DNA from: Octopus sinensis
Lineage: Eukaryota
DNA: 64,000 nt
NCBI RefSeq assembly: GCF_006345805.1
Contig: NC_042997.1
Span: forward strand, 139,314,001 to 139,378,000
Direction of reading: 5' to 3'
Part shown: positions 11,787 through 24,290 of the stretch, piece by piece
Layout: the number at the start of each line of letters is the position of its first letter
How positions within the stretch are numbered: position 1 is the stretch's first letter
Program-made: the position numbers and the translations under genes
Notes under the pieces: model-generated
What the model was told of the DNA's origin: nothing
Seen by the model: the letters and a program-made list of their open reading frames with translations, nothing else
The model's database searches: none

Positions 11787-13991
11787 TGCGCATGCGTTTG
11801 TTGGCAGTTGTTCATAGCACTGAATGAAGTCGTCTCGCTGGCTTGCAGCGGACGAAAATTGATTGTGAAAAAGACTCTGCTGTAAGGTAAGGTTTTTGCT
11901 TTTTTAGTCCAGTGGGGGTTTGTTGTTTGTGATATTTCTTTTGGTACAAGCAAGAGGTCCTCACTAGACTCTAGACTCTAGTTTGCCTGCTGTAGAGTAT
12001 ATAGTTTTTCTCACTTGATTATGAAAATTATTGTTTGGGGGCGTATCCTGCCTCCAAACTTAGTTCCGTGAATAGTGTTGTTCTCAATTAATTTTGAGAA
12101 TTGTTCGCTTGGAAAGTTAGTTCATGCTGGTGAATAATTTTGTGGAATAATTTTGTGGAATAATACAACTGTTAAAAGCTGTGTTCCAGTTTCAAATTGA
12201 AGGCTGTGAATTTTTGGAATTCAACGAAGATACAACTACTGTGAAAAGCTGTGAAAGTTGTAGCGCTCCAGTTTCAAATTGAAGGCCTGGAGTACCGTAT
12301 GGCCAAAGGAATTTTTGCTGTGTTTTGAAATGTCGCCCTCTCTTCTATCTTTCATTTTGAAACTCTTTATTGAACTGTTTATTTTTTTCTACTTCCTTTT
12401 GGCCGGAACTTTCTTTCTTTTTGATTTTTCTCTCTAATTGTTTGAACTTTTCTGAACCGTTTTTGAACTGTTTAGTTTATCATGACAAAGAACAAAGAAA
12501 AAATTGTAGAGTGAGAGATAATGCCATCCAAGCAAAGGATGGAAGAGTCTGAAAAGAAGACGGTGGTGTTGAGGACTTACTCCATGTCCCTCGACACCAT
12601 CGACGTCTTCGAAAAAAATTTTATAGAAAAAGAGTTGGCTGAATATATGTCAACTATTAAGTACATCTCTAGGAGCGGGGTCAAATACGCAACCGTGTGG
12701 TTGCTATTTGACACACCCCGAAGAGGCTCGCAAATTCGCGAGCCAACCGGTGAGGGCAGAGAAATTTTGTTTCTTCCCACTTATTGTGGGAAGAAGTTGA
12801 CGAGAGCTTGGGTCTGTGGTTTGCCACCCGGAACTGAACCCGAGTGGATAGAGAATACTATCTGCCGGGGTCTGGGTGGCAGCAATAGCAAGCTCCTCAA
12901 CGTAAATATCTTGCCTGCGGCTGATTGGGAGAGATCAAAAGCTGTTTTGACCCTATGGACCAATCAGCCAAAAATCTGGTATTCCCAGATTTTTTAAGAA
13001 TGGCTGGGTCCACGTATCCGGTGATGCTTGACGGACGCCCCCACCCCCGCCAAGTGTTACCTGTGCCTGAAACCGGGCCATATCAAAAAGAACTGCCCCC
13101 AGGACAAAAATAAGGTGCTGGAGCAGTTAATAAAGATACCGCTCCCTGCTCCTCCATTGGAGAGAGAGAAGGAAGTCGAGGAAGTGGAAACCTCCTTGAA
13201 AAAGGCAATAAAAAAGAGAGAGGAAGGATCTTCTGGACAAAGTGGAGGAACTCCACTCTCCCGTGACTCAAGGGAAAAAAGAAGAAAAAGAAAAACGGGA
13301 CACTGCTAGCGATTTGTGACACACTGCCAGAATTGTGTCACCGAAGGTGGAAACAGTAGACCCCTCCCATGCTGTGGAGGAGGAATTTGGGGTCCTCTTC
13401 CATAAGTGAGGGACACTAGAAAGCTTCATTAAGAAGTTTAAAAAGAAAGACCGAAGGTGGGGGGATTCTGTCCTGCACGGAGAACCCTGAGTGTCCTTCG
13501 CAGGTGGCTGCGGAGGTCATACGGGAAACCGATGTGTGCAGGATAATGAACTCCTTCCCAGAGGATACCTTTAGATTTGTGTTAAAACGGCTCGACTTGG
13601 CACCGTCCAAGTGTTTGACTAGGGCGAGGAGCCTGGTTGAGCAGGAAAGTATATAACTGATAATAAACGTAAGAGGCTTGGTGCCTCATTTATATTGTAT
13701 TTTTATTGTATTTTTATTGAATCGTGTAAGAGGTTTATTACCTCATAAATGTTTCTTGTATTGTTAAAATGAAAGAGGTTCATTGCCTCATAAATGTTTT
13801 TTTTTAACTGTGTAAGATGTTTATTGCCTCGAGTATGAAACTTTAAAATGTTTTAGGGTAAACAGCAATCGACGGGCGTTGCTTGTTGCTCTCATTTTTC
13901 ACCAGTTCATTTGTCATTCATATTATTATGTGTATGTCCAGCCCGTAGCTTCCTTTCTATGTAAGGCCTTTATGGCCAATGTAATGACTAA
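11787..13991 (+). mobile_element. ORF1-only non-LTR-like element, copy A (HAL1/Tx1-like)
   Basis: Starts TGCGCATG directly after AGCTTGCTTC. ~700-nt 5' UTR, decayed ORF1, ~330-nt 3' UTR ending GGCCTTTATGGCCAATGTAATGACTAA. Homologous end to end with 14006-16159. Confidence 0.75.
12482..13656 (+). pseudogene. Nucleic-acid-binding ORF1-like protein (RRM-like region + CX2CX4HX4C zinc knuckle), disrupted
   Basis: ATG 12482; TGA 12512-12514 where copy B has TGG; RAWVCGLPPG; frameshifts ~12961 and ~13040; KCYLCLKPGHIKKNC knuckle; C-terminus ...APSKCLTRARSLVEQESI* ending 13656. Confidence 0.75.
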
Positions 13992-14005
13992 AAGAAGCTC
14001 GCTTC
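13992..14005 (+). repeat. Target-site copy between the two ORF1-only elements
   Basis: AAGAAGCTCGCTTC; cf. AGCTTGCTTC 11777-11786, AAGAGGCTTGCTTC 16160-16173, and the uninterrupted SINE GTGGTAAGAAGCTTG at ~16296. Confidence 0.8.
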
Positions 14006-16159
14006 TGCGCATGGGTGTTGTCAGTGTTGTTTATTCGCACCACTGAATGAGATCGTCACGCTGGCTTGCAGCGGACGAAAATTGATTCTACTGTAAGGTA
14101 AAACTTTTGCTTTTGGGGTCGAGTGGGGGTTTGTTGTTTGCGTTATTTTTGTACAAGCAAGAAGTCCTCATATGGGATTCTAAACTCTGGTCTGCCTGCA
14201 GTGGAGTGTATAGTTTTTCTCACTTAATAGTGAGAATTATTGTTTGGGGGCATATCTCCGCCTCCCAAACTTGTTCACTCAGTGAATAGTGCTTTTTTCT
14301 CAATTAATTTTGAGAATAGTTGCGCGAAATTCGCTTGAAAAATTTATATACTTTAGTGAATTCTCTTTAATGAATTTGTGGAATCAAAGAAGATACAACT
14401 ACTGTGAAAAGCTGTTTTCCAAGTTGTGGCGTTCCAGTTTCAAATTGAAAGCCTGGAGTACCGAGTGGCCAGAGGATTTTTTGCTGTGTTTTCTGAACTG
14501 TTGCCCTCTCTTCTTCTATCATTTATTTGAAACTTCTTTATTGAACTGTTTATTTTTTTCTTCCTTTTTGTTGAGACTTTCTTTTTTGATTTCTCTCTTT
14601 TTCTTCTTTCATTGTTTTAATTTTGTGAAAAGTTTTTAGGACTTTTAATTTAGCATGGCAAATAACATGGACAAAATTGTAGAGTGGGAAATAATACCAC
14701 CCAAACAATGGTTGAAGGAGTTCGAAAAGAAGACGGTGGTGTTGAGGACTTACTCCAAGTCCCTCGACACCATAGCCATATTTGAGAAAAATATGATAGA
14801 AAAAGAGTTGGCAGAGTATCTGCCAACTATTAAATACATCTCGGGGGGGGGGGGGGTCAAGTACGTGGTTGCTATTTGACTCTCCCGAGGAGGCTCACGA
14901 ATTTGCGAGCCAGCCCTTTGGGGCAGAGAAATTTTGGTTCTTCCCACTTATTGTGAGTGGAAGTTGACGAGGGCTTGGGTCTGTGGTTTGCCACTCGGAA
15001 TAGAACCCGGGTGGATAGAGGATACTATCCGCCGGGGTCTGGGTGGCAACAGAGCTAAGCTCTTTAATGTGAAAATCTTGCCTGCGGTTGATTGGGAGGG
15101 GTCAAAAGCTGTTTTGACCCTATGGACCCAAACAGCCGAAAATCTAGTATTTCCAGATTTTTTGAGATTGCCCGGTTCTAGGTATCTGGTGATGCTTGAC
15201 GGATATCGCCCCCCCCCCCTAAGTGTCACCTATCCCTGGAACCAGGCCACATTAAAAAGAACTGTCCTCAGAACCAAGGCAAGGTCCTGGAGCAGTTAAT
15301 AAAAATACCGCTCCCTGCTCCCCCATTGGAGGGAGAGAAGGAGGCCGTCGAGGAGGTGAAGACCTCGAAAAAAGGAAAAAAGAAATGTGTGCAACAATGG
15401 TTGCCCACCAACAGATCCGAAGGCTACGGAAGGGAAGGAAGATCTTCCGGACAAAACGGAAGAACTCCACCCTCCCGTGGCTCAAGGAATAAAGAAGAAA
15501 AAGAAAAACGGGACATTGCCGACGGTTTGTGACACACTGCTGGCATGTCCCGAAGCACCTACGGTGGGAATTGTGCCACCGAAGTTTGAAACTGTAGGCA
15601 TTTCCCATGCTAAGGGTGAGGAATTTGTGATCCTCTTCCATAAGGGAGGGCCATTGGAAAGCTTCGTAAAGAAGTTTAAAAAGAAAGGCCGAATGGAAGG
15701 GATTCTATCCTGCACGGAGGTCCTTGACTGGCCTTCGGGAGACCGATTTGTGCAGGGTGATGGACTCCTTCCCCGAGGACACCTTTAGATTCATGTTAAA
15801 ATGGCCCGATTTGGCACCGTCCAGATGTTTGAATGAGGCGAGGAGCCTGGTCGGGCATGAAAGTTCAAACTAAAAGTAAGAGGCTTAGTGCCTAATTTTT
15901 GTTTTTGAATTGTAAAAAATGTAAGAGATTTGTTGCCTCGTAAATGAATTTTCATATTGAACTGTGAAAAATGTAAGAGGTGAAAAATGCCTCGTAAATG
16001 TAATATAAAAGAGCAATGTTCTCGAGTAAGCAGCAATCGGCGGGCGTTGCTTTTTGCCCCCATATATCATTATTTTTCATTTGTCATTTCATAACATTAT
16101 GTCGCTGTCCAGCCCGTAGCTTTTCTATGTAAGGCCTTCATGGCCAATATAATGAATAA
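14006..16159 (+). mobile_element. ORF1-only non-LTR-like element, copy B (HAL1/Tx1-like)
   Basis: Starts TGCGCATG, ends GGCCTTCATGGCCAATATAATGAATAA, followed by AAGAGGCTTGCTTC and the rest of the SINE. Confidence 0.75.
14655..15873 (+). pseudogene. ORF1-like protein, copy B, disrupted
   Basis: MANNMDKIVEWEII...; frameshifts in G/C runs (~14850, ~15215); knuckle reads CHLSLEPGHIKKNC (second Cys is Ser); C-terminus ...APSRCLNEARSLVGHESSN* ending 15873. Confidence 0.75.
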
Positions 16160-16173
16160 AAGAGGCTTGCTTC

Positions 16174-16493
16174 CCAACCACATGGTACTGGGTTCAGTTT
16201 CACAGCGTAGAACCTTGGCCAAGTGTCTTCTACTATAGCTTCGGGCCGACCAAAGCCTTGTGAGTGAACGTGCTTGATGGAAACTGTGTGACTGTGTGGT
16301 AAGAAGCTTGAAGCCTACTTTCCAGCTACATGGTTCCGGGGTCAGTCTTCTACTATAACCAAAGGGCGACCATAGCTTTGTGAAAGGATTTGGTAGACGG
16401 AAACTGAGAGAAGCCCGTCGTATATGTGTGTGTGTCTGAGTGTGTGTGTGTGTATGTGTGACTCACCACCGCTTGACAACCGGTGTTGGTGTG

Positions 16494-16533
<40 letters not shown>

Positions 16534-16730
16534 CGTGCGCGTGTGTCCCACGACCGCTTGACAACCGGTATGTGTATGTCCTGTAACTTAGAGGTTCGGC
16601 AAAAGAAGCCAATAGAATTCATACCAGACTTTTAAAAAAGTACTGGGGTCGATTCATTCAACGAAAATTGTTCATGGTGGTGCCCCAGCATGGCAGCCGT
16701 TTAATGACTGAAACAAACAAAAGAGTGAAA
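16174..16730 (+). mobile_element. Remainder of the interrupted family B SINE, a second SINE B head (~16285), and the 3' module
   Basis: CCAACCACATGGTACTGGGTTCAG..CCTTGGCCAAGTGTCTTCTACTATAGC..GACCAAAGCCTTGTGAGTG; then GTGACTGTGTGGTAAGAAGCTTG; then CCGCTTGACAACCGG..GACTGAAACAAA. Confidence 0.8.
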
Positions 16731-16733
16731 GAG

Positions 16734-16767
<34 letters not shown>

Positions 16768-16777
16768 ATATATATAT

Positions 16778-17078
16778 GAATGTATCAGTGTATGTATTAT
16801 GCATGTATTATGAATGCATGTGTGTGTATTCGTATGTGTGTGTGGGGTGGTGGTGGCTGTATGTGTGTGTGTGTGTAACTTTATATACAGGATGGAACAT
16901 AAAACGTTCCTCATAAGTTGCACACGAATTTTTTTAATGTTTCTAATTGTATTTGTGACAAGGTTTTGAATTACATTTAAAATAACTTTTATGCAACTAA
17001 TGGCCCACCCTATAAATGACTGAGTATACATGCATACATGCATACATATATATCTATCTACCTTACATATATATATAT

Positions 17079-17109
<31 letters not shown>

Positions 17110-17400
17110 GAATGTATCAGTGTATGTATTATGCATGTATTATGAATGCATGTGTGTGTATTCGTATGTGTGTGTGGGGTGGTGGTGGCTGTATGTGTGT
17201 GTGTGTGTAACTTTATATACAGGATGGAACATAAAACGTTCCTCATAAGTTGCACACGAATTTTTTTAATGTTTCTAATTGTATTTGTGACAAGGTTTTG
17301 AATTACAATTTAAAATAACTTTTATGCAACTAATGGCCCACCCTATAAATGACTGAGTATACATGCATACATGCATACATATATATCTATCTACCTTACA
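16778..17400. repeat. Near-perfect tandem duplication, period 332-333 bp, (TA)n at each junction
   Basis: 16778-17067 versus 17110-17400: a single 1-nt indel (ATTACATTT vs ATTACAATTT). Confidence 0.9.
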
Positions 17401-17471
17401 TATATATATATATATATATATAATATATATATATATATATGCATACATATATGTATTAAAAAAAAAAAAGA

Positions 17472-17790
17472 CTCCGCCGGTTACGACGACGAGGGTCCCA
17501 GCTGATACGATCAACGGAACAGCTTGCTCGTGAAATTAACGTGCAAATGGCTGAGCATTCCACAGACACGTGTACCCTTAACGTAGTTCTCGGGGATAAT
17601 CAGCGTGACACAGAGAGTGACAAGGCTGACCCTTTGAAATACAAGTACAACTCATTTTTGCCAGCTGAGTGGACTGGAGCAACGTGAAATAAAGTGTCTT
17701 GCTCAAGGACACAACGCGTCGCCGGGAATCGAACTCACAACCTTACGATCATGAGCCGAATGCCCTAACCACTAAGCCACGCGCCCTCAC
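17472..17790 (-). mobile_element. tRNA-derived SINE family E (head GAGGGCGCGTGGCTTAGTGGTTAGGG, tail CGTCGTCGTAACCGGCGGAG)
   Basis: A-box, B-box GTTCGATTCCC, GTGTCCTTGAGCAAGACACTT; homologous to 39914-40213 (+). Confidence 0.85.
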
Positions 17791-17860
17791 ATATATGTAT
17801 TATAAATATATACATTACAATGTGTGTATACTTGTATATATATGTATAAATATATATGTG

Positions 17861-17912
<52 letters not shown>

Positions 17913-17964
17913 CATATGTCTATAGATATTTACGTGTACACACACACACACACACACACACACA

Positions 17965-18034
<70 letters not shown>

Positions 18035-18577
18035 ATATAATATATATATATATAGTTTTCATTATTTGCCAATATAATGTGCCAGTCGTAGTTAGGACGA
18101 TTGTTACTGTTATCTAGCCCCAGAAAACACCGTCTCCAGTTGGCTATACGACACACTATCTGCGTCCTTATACTTTCGAACAAGGAAGTTTAGCGTCTCC
18201 ACTCACCTCAAAGCAATATCGTGTACCAAATGTTTCTGAGTTATTTCTCATTATCAGCACAGAATAACTGCTCGGCTAGAGATGGTGCCACTAAACTCTT
18301 ATTCGAAATATATACTTTTCAAAATGCCCTTATGCAAACATCTCTCACTTTACGGAAGCGTTGTGTTTCTGAAAATCTTGGATAGCACTGGATTCCGTAA
18401 GCTGAAACCTATTTTCCATTTCTATGTTAAACGAAAGTCGAGCGAACTTCCATGTAATATGGAACGGTAAATAAGTAGCAAATCAGTGGGATTTGTGTTT
18501 CGCATTACAGAATACTACGTTACGGCAAGAGTTTCGGGAATGCAACATTTCTGTAATGTGGTGTATGCGTTGTATAT

Positions 18578-19310
18578 ACGGGGTGTCATGACTAAGTGGA
18601 CGATTTGTTATGTCTCCTTTTGTTAGATGCCATTTGATGTACTGGAGAACAATAAACGGCATTGGAGAATGTAAAGACTGAAATTGTAGGTGAGTAAAAG
18701 TTAGTTGGCATGCAGGACTGGGCAGCATCTGAATACTGGAAAAGACTTTTCTATATCATGATGATTCGTGATGGGTATCAAAATACTGACATTATGACTG
18801 CTGCCGAATCTCTGTGGACACTATAAAGACTAAGACGTTACATGGACATCAAGAAAACCCAGTTCCCTCAAGTGAGATTGATGTCACGCTGCCCCATGTC
18901 TTTGAACAGTGTCTTGGGCTCAAATCAGCTATATGAAGCTGTGTGAGACTGTGGTCAAACGCTGACTGGAGAGGATTGCTGCTGCTAGGATGCCATACAT
19001 GTGGCAGCAAAATTCGGTTCCTGGCCATGCCTCCGGAAAGAGTCAGAAGAGTTTGTGTGAGAATTTCTTCAACTTCACCAGCTCAATTCCCTCCTAATTC
19101 CCTCGACTATAATCCCTGGATTATTATGTGTGCGGCGCGGTTGAGAAAGAGACCAACCATTCTGCCTGTAACACCAACGCTGAGCTGGTGGCCAAGATCA
19201 AGGAGGTGCTTGAAGGTTTTCCCAGAGATACAGGGAGGAATGCTTGCGCAAGGTTCCTGGAGTCCTCTTGGAGCCGTGGTGGAAGCTGAGGGTGGCTACT
19301 TTAAGTATGG
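18578..19310 (+). pseudogene. Degraded, internally deleted Tc1/mariner-superfamily transposase relic
   Basis: Fragments PYMWQQNSVPGHAS (second-D region), PPNSLDYNP (cf. WPPNSPDLNP), VEKETNHSACNTNAELVAKIKEV, AVVEAEGGYFK. TACGGGGTGTC TIR-like start near 18578. Confidence 0.7.
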
Positions 19311-20047
19311 TTTTATATCCCAGCGACAATCTAGTAGAATGCTTCTCAACCATTTTTTGCCTATGGATTCCTTTGATTCATATTTTACTCAACTGGACCT
19401 CCATAGCCATTCGATGCTTCTTTTTTAAAAAATTCAATTACATTTTTATAATTAAATATTATTAAGAATTGTATAAAAAAAAGTATTTTTGTGTATTGTA
19501 GAAGTACAAGCAATTTATTGCACATAAATTCTGACAAAAAAAAAGTTTATGTGGATTCCAGAAAGACCGTGTAGATTCCTCTAAGTGCCATGTAGTTCCC
19601 CCAAGAGCCATGTGGATCCCGGCTGAGAACCACTGATCTTGTTGATATTTTGACATTTTAAAAATATTTTTATTTTTGCATGGAATGATGTTTCCTTTTT
19701 ATTTTATGCAAACTGTCAAATTTAACCCGAACAGCTTGTAAATAATTAGTCGAAGAATATATGTGGTAAATGCAGTAAATTATTTGACCTTCGAAATCAG
19801 CAATATCTATCAATGGGTTAACTTGCACTTTTCCAGAAAATCTACTATATTTTCCTGTCAGGTAAATGAACCCGAAAATGAACACAGGCAACTTAGAACA
19901 AAGTTCTCTGCTTATAAATGTAAAACGCCCACAATAAATTTTAATTCACAATCAATTTATCACGTACGCCTATTCTGTTACAGCAGCAGTTTCAAGCATT
20001 GATATAAACCAATGCTTTCGCACAAGCAACCAATTAGGAATAAAATA

Positions 20048-20124
<77 letters not shown>

Positions 20125-20480
20125 TTTAATACATAGGCGTTGACCTCAGAATACTGACCGCGCCCTTGTTTCCTAAATGGCGATAATGTAGCCATTCCTT
20201 TTGGGAATGAACAAATTGCATCGTTGAGATTAACCGCCATAAAGTGTTCCAGATTTACTGAATAATGCAGTCGGGGGTAATAGTTTAAAGAAAATGCAGA
20301 CGAGGTATAAACGTGTTTGCAACCATAAAAAAAAAAAGCATAATCATCTTATTGGTAAATAATATAAAGGGGGAGGTAATACATAAGAATGAGTAAAAGT
20401 TGCTGATTTTGAAGAGATGGAATTTTTTTACTTCAGAAATATTTGAAATAACGTTATCATAATGATCTGTGAAATGTGGC

Positions 20481-20870
20481 TAGCTGGCAGAAACGTTTCA
20501 GTGCCAGACAATACTAAGTGGCATTTCTTCCGGCCTTACCTTCTAAGTTCAAATTCCGCTGAGGCCAACTTTACCTTTCATCCTTACTAGGTCGAGGAAA
20601 TAAGTACTAGTTGAGTACTGAGGTCGATGTAATCGACCAGCCTCTCCTCCAAAATTTCAGGTCCTGTACCTATAGAAGAAATGATTATTATAACGGATGA
20701 AAGGCGACTAGCCGGCCGAATCGGTGCCGCGACTGACAAAATGCTTAGCGGCCTTTCTTCTGGCCTTATCTTCTGAGTTCAAATTACATTGAGGTTGGTT
20801 TTGCCTTTCGTCCTTTCGGGGTCGATTAAATTGAGTACCAATTAACTACTGCAGTCAATATAATCGATTT
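20481..20870 (+). mobile_element. Two adjacent decayed SINE family A copies
   Basis: AGCTGGCAGAAACGTT..GTTCAAATTCCGC..CCTTTCATCC (20495-20640), repeated at 20705-20870. Confidence 0.75.
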
Positions 20871-22165
20871 CCGTCAAAATCGCTAGCCAAAACTAGAAAG
20901 AATTATTATGACCAATGAAAATTTCCACGACGTTTGTTTTACCATGTCCTATTAGATAGTAATTTGGCGGCTAAATTTTCATGTCTAATTCCATTAAATT
21001 TTCTTCGTGTTTTTTTTTTTTTTTTTTTGCCTAGAAATTAACAGGTCCACCAGAATATTCTATATCCACGAAACAACATCATGAAATTTGAGCAGGACGG
21101 TCACATCTTATTCTTACTTTACATATTATTATTCTGGTTGATTGGGTAGAAAATGCCACTCAAAATTTTGAAAGATCTATCATGTGTTTTGCGAAGGTTA
21201 AGACTAATAAAAAATTTTATCTAATAGAAAGCTAGCAATGTCAGGACAATAATAAGAATTTTTATTAACATTTATAGCAATGAACCAACGAGAGGAGCAT
21301 ATAAACTGCCATTCGACCTGTTAGAAATAACAGCTAAATCTGTTTTTGATCATAAGTCTGGCTTAAGATCTTTAACAAAAAAATAGGGAGACCACAGTGT
21401 AAAATATTGTTTCTGATATACAAGGGTATACGAATATAAGAGATGGTCATTGCTGGTATGCCTTTGATCATGGGCCTCCTTTGCCTAGGGATAAACAACA
21501 ACAGCGAAATGCCATCAACATTAATTATAGAGAGTAACTTACCCTAAAGCTGTTGATGCTAACTACTAAAACAGTGTCAACAATTTTATGTTCGGCTAAC
21601 TGGACGTCGACGAAGTTTAGAATAATTAAGCTAGAATTTCCTCATACTTTAAGTTAAAAGCAAAATTTCCGCATTTATTGAAGCAAATTTCATTCATCAG
21701 AAATAATGTGTACAGTCTGAATGAAGCTATTGAAAAACCTAATGCTGAGTTAAATGAGGTTTTTTATGCTTTCTAGGCATTTCACTGCTACTTCCTGTTG
21801 TGGTACCAGTCAGACCGGAAGAAGGCCGAGAACGAACTTAGTTTCTCAGTCATTATCTTCTAGTCTTCCTGGACACTTTCCTATTACTAATAATTACTCT
21901 GTTTTCATTAAATAACACGGCTTTAATGAAGACTTGTTTAGATTAACATTTACTCCCACAAACCGTCTCTAGTCAATTGATTGTAGCCACCTTTACAGCA
22001 TATCACAGTACATCAGAGTACATCGTTGTACAGTAAGATGTCGCGCGGTACATTAAATAACAGTAATGCGCAATATTATACAGTGTTACACAATAATACT
22101 GAAATTACTCGATTTCTATAACAGCACAAATGATATTTATTTCATGTGTTTGTGTAGGATTAAAT

Positions 22166-22479
22166 CAGGGGTTGGAGGAACTTTTTTAACCAATTACCCC
22201 AAAATATATTTATTTACGCCGATGTTTACCGCCCCCCCCCCTCGATTTGAAAGGAAGGAAATCATAGATTCTTTGAATTCAAAAGGTTTATTGGATCTAT
22301 TTTATTGAATTTACTTATATGAATCTATTTACACGTCTATTACATTGAACAAATGCAGTGTTGCCAGAAGAAGCATTTTTGTAACAAGGAACACGTTTTT
22401 TTATGTAATTTTACTTATGTCTAATGAGTCCTCATTATCCACCAAGAATTTCTTTTTTACCCCGGTTCGCCGACCCCTG
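22166..22479. mobile_element. hAT-type non-autonomous element (MITE), 314 bp
   Basis: TIRs CAGGGGTTGGAGGAAC and GTTCGCCGACCCCTG; exact 8-bp TSD GATTAAAT at 22158-22165 and 22480-22487. Confidence 0.9.
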
Positions 22480-22570
22480 GATTAAATGTATTGAGGAGAT
22501 TAGAATACGAGGCACAGCACCTTAACAAAACCTTCCTAAAATAAAAATCTACCAAAGAAATAATAATAAT

Positions 22571-22608
<38 letters not shown>

Positions 22609-22844
22609 TAATAATCTCTAATTTGTTCTATATTTTTAGAAATGTTCATTTATAGTAATGTTGCATAAATTGAACTTTATTTCTTGTGAATAGCATACGA
22701 ACTACAGATGACCAAGTCATGAGAATATCGAACTACAAGTTCAGTTAATTTTTCATTTGAGATATATTTTATTCATCTCTTGAATAATACAGGGAAGTAA
22801 CGTAACTCACTTTATATAGGAACCTGGGTCTCTATAATATTGAT

Positions 22845-23046
22845 TTCAAATTTTGGTTCAAGGTCAGCAACTCTAGAGGAGGCGGTAAGTCGATTACACT
22901 GACCCCAGTGCTCAACTGGTACTTATTTTATAGACCCCGAAAGGCAAAATCGACCTCGGCGGGATTTGAACTCAGAACGTAAAGATGGGCGAAACGTCGC
23001 TAAGCATTTTGCCCGGCCTGCTAACAATTCTGCCAGCTCACCGCCT
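22845..23046 (-). mobile_element. SINE family A copy
   Basis: GACCCCAGTGCTCAACTGGTACTT..CGACCTCGGCGGGATTTGAACTCAG..TTCTGCCAGCTCACCGCCT. Confidence 0.85.
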
Positions 23047-23689
23047 AATTTCTTTAAAAAGTGGCCAGAAAGCCATTACAGAGAATCGAACGCTGTACCT
23101 CTGTAATTCCGGCTGACCGCTCTGTACTACGGGTGTCTCTATAATATTAATGGGAGTTTCTATAGCTTACAGTTCTCAGTTCAACTCTTTGATGAATAAG
23201 ATAATCAGTAGGATTGATAGGAAAGTTAGTGATAATTTTCGTTGATATGATTTGAAATGGAAATATCAACAGCAAATATAAACCATTTTATTCCAAATAT
23301 TTTTCTTCCTGTTTTTATCTTTTTTCATTCTTTTTTCCCCAGTATCCTCCATATGCTTGGTTAAGAACGGCATAAGCTCCACCAAGTTAAAACAACGAAC
23401 ATTCTGATGTTTATTGTTTGTTGTTAGGAACAAAACCAGAATATAACATAGTGTTTAACAAGAAAAATATAACCATACGTAAAATAAATAGTTCTTTCAT
23501 TGAACGGAAATGAAACCTGTTTTTAAATAGGGTCAACGACCTGAAGCACACGTCAGACTGACGTCAGTTTATCGTTCCACCTCTATCAAACCATTTGTGT
23601 TCACTTTTATCGTTTGCCCTGGTGTCAGATATAAAAGTGTCAGGTTGGTTCAGTGTCGAGAGAGTGACAACAGATGATAGGAGGGTTAG

Positions 23690-24290
<601 letters not shown>

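Noticed and set aside
13665-13835. CRISPR-like appearance (partly palindromic repeats with spacers)
   Set aside because: Eukaryotic context, degenerate repeats, low-complexity AT spacers, no cas genes. Reported instead as 3' UTR hairpins.
19621-19635. Single hAT-like TIR ends (GGCTGAGAACCACTG here; TTGGAGACCGTTG at ~4052-4064)
   Set aside because: Partner TIR and TSD not found, so no element boundaries can be supported.
23077-23140. Minus-strand tRNA-like stretch with GTTCGATTC and a 9-bp inverted repeat
   Set aside because: No complete cloverleaf; at best a decayed retroposon head.
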